A stretch of 64,000 nt of DNA from Alphaproteobacteria bacterium. GTDB lineage: Bacteria > Pseudomonadota > Alphaproteobacteria > RF32 > CAG-239. The stretch is from NCBI GenBank assembly GCA_045602545.1, contig JAZSBR010000036.1, positions 31,279 through 95,278 of the forward strand, in the 5' to 3' direction. Both the position numbers and the translations under genes were made by a program. The notes beneath the pieces are model-generated. The model made no database searches. It saw only the letters and a program-made list of their open reading frames with translations, and had not been told where the DNA came from. This document shows positions 59,868 to 64,000 of the stretch, piece by piece (within the stretch, counting starts at the first letter, position 1; every line of letters starts with the position of its first letter).

Positions 59868-60656
59868 TTAAAGTTTTACCTTTTCCGCGTTGGCAAAATA
59901 GGCATCAAGATCAATGTCTTCCGATTGAGGTTGCTCAGGCTCATCTTTCATGATTTCCAAGTCAGCCAAAGTATCGGCAAGTTCATCGTTGAAAATTTGC
60001 GAAAGCTGAGTTTGAGCGTCTTCAACTTCGGTATTTTTGCTGAGTATTTTATCAACCGCGCCGGATTTCTTTTCATCAATATCCGCGGAGGCATTTTTAT
60101 CTTCTTTTTTTAAGATTTCTATATCGCTGTCATCGGGTGCTTCCGGTTTTGTGTAGTGATTAAAATAATCGCTTGATTGAGCCGGTTTTTTCGCTATCTT
60201 GTTTGAGTTATGCTTCATATTTTGCGCTTGTTTATCTTTGGCAAAAACCTGCACCGAGAGGTTGGCAAATTGGCGCATAAATTCTTCGGTTTTTGCGTTA
60301 TTTTGCTCTAATTTTTGTTCAAAATCGGCAATAAGTTGCGCATTTTTGGCATAGATTTCCTGAAGTATTTCATTTATCGTCGGCTCAATCTTTTCAAGTT
60401 TGGTAATTTTTTCGTTTAGAGCGTTAAAAATTTCCTGCGTTTGATGCTTGTATTCTTCATAAAAATCAAACGCCAAAGAAGAAAGAGCGGAAACAATCAG
60501 CACTAAAATCATGGCTGAAACCAAGATATTGCTCATTGCCAAATCAGCCATATTGCCGTCTTCGCCGAAACCTGCGGCATACAGCAAAAACAGCATAAAT
60601 AAAATACCGATTAAAATTAAACTTACAGCTTTTATGGCAAAACCGGCGTAACGCAT
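59868..60656 (-). CDS. hypothetical membrane protein with acidic coiled-coil C-terminus
   Basis: Two TM segments (AVSLILIGILFMLFLLYAAGF, ILVSAMILVLIVSALSSLAF), then a charged region. Its stop abuts the stop of the convergent gene (TGATTA). Confidence 0.5.
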   Translation of the reverse strand: MRYAGFAIKAVSLILIGILFMLFLLYAAGFGEDGNMADLAMSNILVSAMILVLIVSALSSLAFDFYEEYKHQTQEIFNALNEKITKLEKIEPTINEILQEIYAKNAQLIADFEQKLEQNNAKTEEFMRQFANLSVQVFAKDKQAQNMKHNSNKIAKKPAQSSDYFNHYTKPEAPDDSDIEILKKEDKNASADIDEKKSGAVDKILSKNTEVEDAQTQLSQIFNDELADTLADLEIMKDEPEQPQSEDIDLDAYFANAEKVKL

Positions 60657-60720
60657 TTTTCAATCCTTAAAAAACAAAGATAGGGGTATTATAAGCGCTA
60701 AAATTTAGAAAATAAAGATT

Positions 60721-62310
60721 TTAAAGCACTTGTTCGCGCGTTTTGTGCAAAACAATGTGCGGAAAATCTTCCGCAATTTTGCCGATGTGCCAAGCGTTGC
60801 GTGCCAAAAAGACCTTTTCGCCGTCATAATCTTCAGCCAAGTTCATCTTATTGGCATTATAAAAGCGTTCCAGCTCTTCCTTATTATCAGAGCTTATCCA
60901 ACGCGCCGTATAATATTGCGTGTTTTCAAAAATCACTTCAATATTAAATTCAGTGCGGATTCTGTCTGCCATAACTTCAAACTGCAACGCACCGACCACA
61001 CCGACGATGTATTCGGCACCGATTACGGGACGGAAAATGCTGGCACCGCCTTCTTCGGCAATTTGTTGAAGCGCATTTGCAAGGTGTTTTGATTTAAGCG
61101 GATCTTTCGGGCGCACTGATTTCAAAAGTTCAGGAGCAAAGCTCGGAATTCCGGTATAATGAAGTTTCTCGCCCTCGGTCAAAGTGTCACCGATTCTGAG
61201 TTGTCCGTGGTTAGGAATGCCGATAATGTCACCGGCGTAAGCGTCTTCTGCCAATTCGCGTTCCTGAGCCAAAAACATTACCGGAGTCGGCACTTTAATT
61301 TCTTTTCCGGAGCGAACCTGCAATAAGCTCATACCGCGCTTAAAGTGTCCGGAACAAATGCGCATAAAAGCAATACGGTCACGGTGTTTCGGGTCCATAT
61401 TTGCTTGAATTTTGAAAATAAAGCCCGTAACTTTTTTTTCATCGGCGGTAACCTCACGTTCAACGGCTTTTTGCGGACGGGGCAGGGGAGCAAATTTATG
61501 CAATCCGTTCAATACTTCACGCACACCGAAATTATTGACGGCACTGCCGAAAAATACCGGAGTTAGCGCGCCGGCAAGATAAAGCTCCAAATCAAACGAC
61601 GGGCAAAGCTCGCGCACCATTTCAACATCTTCACGCAGTTTTTGCACCGCATGTGCCGGAAGAAGCGCGTCAAGCTTAGGGTCATCAAGCCCTTTACAGG
61701 TTTCAATAGTGTCGTTAATTTGCGACTTATCGCCGATTTTATTCATCAAAATCAGCTGGTCGTTAATAAGGTCATAACAGCCCAAAAAATCTTTTCCGCT
61801 GCCAATCGGCCAGCTTGCCGGTGTTACATCAAGCGCCAGAGTTTTTTCAATATCGTCAAGAAGTTCAAACGGGTCCAAACCTTCGCGGTCAAGCTTGTTG
61901 ATGAATGTGATAATCGGAATGTTGCGAAGACGGCAAACTTCAAAAAGCTTTTTGGTTTGCGTTTCAATACCTTTGGCGGAATCAAGCACCATCACGGCTG
62001 AATCAACGGCCGTCAAAACACGATAGGTATCTTCGGAGAAGTCTTCGTGTCCAGGAGTATCCAACAGGTTAAAGGTTATGTTTTGATATTCAAAATTCAT
62101 CACCGAGGAAGCAACTGAAATTCCGCGCTCTTGCTCAACCTTCATCCAGTCGGAATGGGCTTTGCGATTTTCTCCGCGCGCTTTAACGGCTCCGGCCTGA
62201 GCGATGGCACCGCCGAAAAGCAAAAGTTTTTCGGTTAAAGTGGTTTTACCGGCATCAGGGTGTGAAATAATCGCAAATGTTTTGCGTGGATTTATGGTAT
62301 TTTCAGGCAT
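60721..62310 (-). CDS. prfC: peptide chain release factor 3
   Basis: …RKTFAIISHPDAGKTTLTEKLLLFGGAIAQAGAVKARG…, DTPGHEDF, NKLD. Confidence 0.95.
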   Translation of the reverse strand: MPENTINPRKTFAIISHPDAGKTTLTEKLLLFGGAIAQAGAVKARGENRKAHSDWMKVEQERGISVASSVMNFEYQNITFNLLDTPGHEDFSEDTYRVLTAVDSAVMVLDSAKGIETQTKKLFEVCRLRNIPIITFINKLDREGLDPFELLDDIEKTLALDVTPASWPIGSGKDFLGCYDLINDQLILMNKIGDKSQINDTIETCKGLDDPKLDALLPAHAVQKLREDVEMVRELCPSFDLELYLAGALTPVFFGSAVNNFGVREVLNGLHKFAPLPRPQKAVEREVTADEKKVTGFIFKIQANMDPKHRDRIAFMRICSGHFKRGMSLLQVRSGKEIKVPTPVMFLAQERELAEDAYAGDIIGIPNHGQLRIGDTLTEGEKLHYTGIPSFAPELLKSVRPKDPLKSKHLANALQQIAEEGGASIFRPVIGAEYIVGVVGALQFEVMADRIRTEFNIEVIFENTQYYTARWISSDNKEELERFYNANKMNLAEDYDGEKVFLARNAWHIGKIAEDFPHIVLHKTREQVL

Positions 62311-62413
62311 TTTTTCCTCTTGAATTTCTTACTAAATAAGCATTCTTATAGCTGAAATTTTTGAATTTGCAATATACATTTTTAATTTCTTGCTTTTTTT
62401 GAGTAAAAACATA

Positions 62414-62442
62414 TTGACAAAAATGTTTTTTAGTGGTAAATT
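62414..62442 (+). promoter_or_regulatory. putative sigma70 promoter
   Basis: TTGACA-17 nt-TAAATT, about 35 nt upstream of the ATG at 62477. Confidence 0.45.
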
Positions 62443-62476
62443 CATACCATAATGAAACAATTTTAGGAGAAAAAAG

Positions 62477-63208
62477 ATGGATAAACACCAAAGAGCATTT
62501 CATAGAGAAGCATTCAGCTATATGGGAGATTCTATCAGAGAAAAGTATAACAGTCTTGTTGTTAAATTAAATCAAACTTATGGGACAAATTTCAAATATG
62601 TTAAAGAAGTTTCCAATGGTGATATCGGACAATTAGCACGCAGTGTTATGGACAATATAGATGAATTGAAGTCTTTAAAGTCACAAGATTCAGATTCGAA
62701 TACATTTCGAGGTACGGATTTCTTAAAAACTCTTGCTGATAATTTGAAAGAAGACAAAGATCCTCACAGCTTATATCATGAAGAGAAAACATCTGAAAAG
62801 AGAAAAACAGCTAAAGATGTTATCGCTTTTTACCTTACACTTGAAAAATTGAGTACTGAGGGAGTTCATGTACCTGAAGGATTAGGTTATACAACAGATG
62901 AAAACTTAATAGATATACTTGGAAAATCGATAAGCAGAGATAAGGGATTAACGATTGATGATGCATCTCCTGAACTCAAAAAAGCTCTATTGAGTGAACC
63001 TAAAGAAGTTAGAGATGTATACATAGGACGTGAACATTTTTATTTTATGAATAAGGCACAAAAAGAAAGAGTGACTGATAAGGATATAGAGCATATTGAT
63101 TATTCTTCTAAAGATATTGATATAGCTGGAATTATAGAAGGTATAAAAGCAAGAGAAGCAAATTTAAGCAATGCTAAAGCTTCAAAAGGTAAGGGAATTG
63201 CTGATTAA
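62477..63208 (+). CDS. hypothetical protein (no family recognised)
   Basis: 243-aa ORF with AGGAGA SD, a terminator downstream, no signal peptide or TM segment, and locally AT-richer codon usage. Confidence 0.5.
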   Translation: MDKHQRAFHREAFSYMGDSIREKYNSLVVKLNQTYGTNFKYVKEVSNGDIGQLARSVMDNIDELKSLKSQDSDSNTFRGTDFLKTLADNLKEDKDPHSLYHEEKTSEKRKTAKDVIAFYLTLEKLSTEGVHVPEGLGYTTDENLIDILGKSISRDKGLTIDDASPELKKALLSEPKEVRDVYIGREHFYFMNKAQKERVTDKDIEHIDYSSKDIDIAGIIEGIKAREANLSNAKASKGKGIAD

Positions 63209-63231
63209 TCGAATCTTTGAAAAAAAATACG

Positions 63232-63262
63232 ACGGCGGAGAACAAAAATCCGCCGCTTTTTG
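63232..63262 (+). terminator. rho-independent terminator
   Basis: CGGCGGA-GAACAAAAA-UCCGCCG followed by CUUUUUG. Confidence 0.75.
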
Positions 63263-63312
63263 TTGTCTTTGGCAGAATAAAATAGGTTGTTTTCGGTTGA
63301 AGTTTTTTTTCT

Positions 63313-63598
63313 TTGACATTTAAAAATTTTTTGATAAAATTATTGTCATAAATGATGGAAGTCTGCCAAAGATATAAGTCATTTTAGGGCGTGAGAACCC
63401 TCTAATCAATAAGTAGTCGCTTCAATGTTGCGACTTTTACATAACCGATATTTCGCTTTGAGCGGATGTCGGCGCAATAAGGCTCTTTAGCGCGAAAACG
63501 TCGAGCCGGTTTTTGCTTATTGATTAACGGTTTCTCAACATCCGCCCGCCTTTTAAGACGGGTTTGTTTTTAATTTGTAACTTTAATGAGGTGTTGAA
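63313..63598 (+). promoter_or_regulatory. promoter plus ~250-nt structured leader with terminator-like hairpin upstream of the pilin-like gene
   Basis: TTGACA(63313-18)-16 nt-(TGa)TAAAAT(63335-40). Long-range 11-bp helix UAAUCAAUAAG(63403-13)/CUUAUUGAUUA(63516-26) encloses three hairpins. CCCGCC-UUUUAA-GACGGG + UUUGUUUUU at 63545-63571. GAGGUG SD before the ATG at 63599. Confidence 0.6.
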
Positions 63599-64000
63599 AT
63601 GAGAAAAAATAATGAAATCGGTCGCTCTATGATTGAAATGCTTGGTGTTCTGGCAATAATCGGGGTTTTATCAGTCGGAGGAATCGCCGGCTATTCCAAG
63701 GCGATGGAAAAAATGAAGATAAATAAGCATATAAATCATATAACTGAAATTGTGAATGCCGTGCAAACTACATATATGTCGCAAAAAAATTATTCCGGAT
63801 TAAATTGTCAAGTTGCGCATGATGTAGGTATTATTCCGGATGAAATGTGGAATAATGAAGCGTCTGATTGTTACAATGAGTGGGGAGATAATATTAATGT
63901 TGATGGTGTGCATTCAGTTGGTCATTGGGGGGATTATTTTTATATAAAAGAATGGGATTGGAGTTTTTCTACTGCGGATTGTGTAGAAATAATAACAAAA
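63599..64000 (+). CDS. type IV pilin-like / pseudopilin protein (prepilin-type N-terminal domain), truncated by window end
   Basis: Not in the ORF track (no stop in window). My translation is MRKNNEIG|RSMIEMLGVLAIIGVLSVGGIAGYSKAMEKMKINKH…: a short basic leader, Gly cleavage site, Glu at +5 and a hydrophobic helix, which is the class III (prepilin) signal. Confidence 0.75.
   Translation, partial: MRKNNEIGRSMIEMLGVLAIIGVLSVGGIAGYSKAMEKMKINKHINHITEIVNAVQTTYMSQKNYSGLNCQVAHDVGIIPDEMWNNEASDCYNEWGDNINVDGVHSVGHWGDYFYIKEWDWSFSTADCVEIITK

Noticed and set aside
63440-63520. c-di-GMP-I (GEMM-I) riboswitch call for the pilin leader.
   Set aside because: Only a two-hairpin arrangement with a CGCAA-containing linker is similar. 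The conserved GGCAAACC-type 5' element and tetraloop/receptor features were not found, so it is reported only as an unclassified structured leader.

Overview
AT-rich (by eye) chromosomal segment that looks alphaproteobacterial: CcrM-type GANTC methyltransferase, type-A RNase P RNA, BamD/LpxC/KdsB/Skp envelope genes, GroESL and PtsP(EI-Ntr). Most of the roughly 55 genes are ordinary housekeeping: pheST, rplT-rpmI, uvrC, recN, glmM, prfA, hisS, tilS, rnhB, prfC, rlmE and others. The accessory layer scattered through this core is the interesting part. (1) Six paralogous Sec-secreted proteins, five with BspA-type LRR passengers and one with a cysteine-repeat passenger, all end in the same unrecognised C-terminal module ...(R/K)(W/Y)TPAEAA..L..D.N..V.(I/L)TF(K/R)K-COOH. 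(2) Each of these genes is an insulated unit of upstream terminator, related T-rich-spacer promoter, 200-300 nt structured leader ending in a terminator-like hairpin, then RBS. The leaders fall into two unrelated sequence classes of three copies each. Both classes show compensatory base changes in helices, so they are candidate new cis-regulatory RNAs or riboswitches. (3) A 144-bp nested-palindrome element sits in frame between the start codon and the signal peptide of two paralogs, resembling Rickettsia palindromic elements. A related palindromic element with a 26-bp tandem duplication lies between xerC and a 2340-aa trimeric autotransporter adhesin. (4) A partial type IV pilin-like gene at the window end has its own promoter, a roughly 250-nt structured leader and a terminator. 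rnpB (not in the ORF track) lies immediately upstream of lpxC, and pheT (also not in the ORF track) fills bases 1-2280. No rRNA, tRNA, CRISPR array, transposase or recognisable defence system was seen. All family assignments rest on motif recognition by eye; no searches were run.
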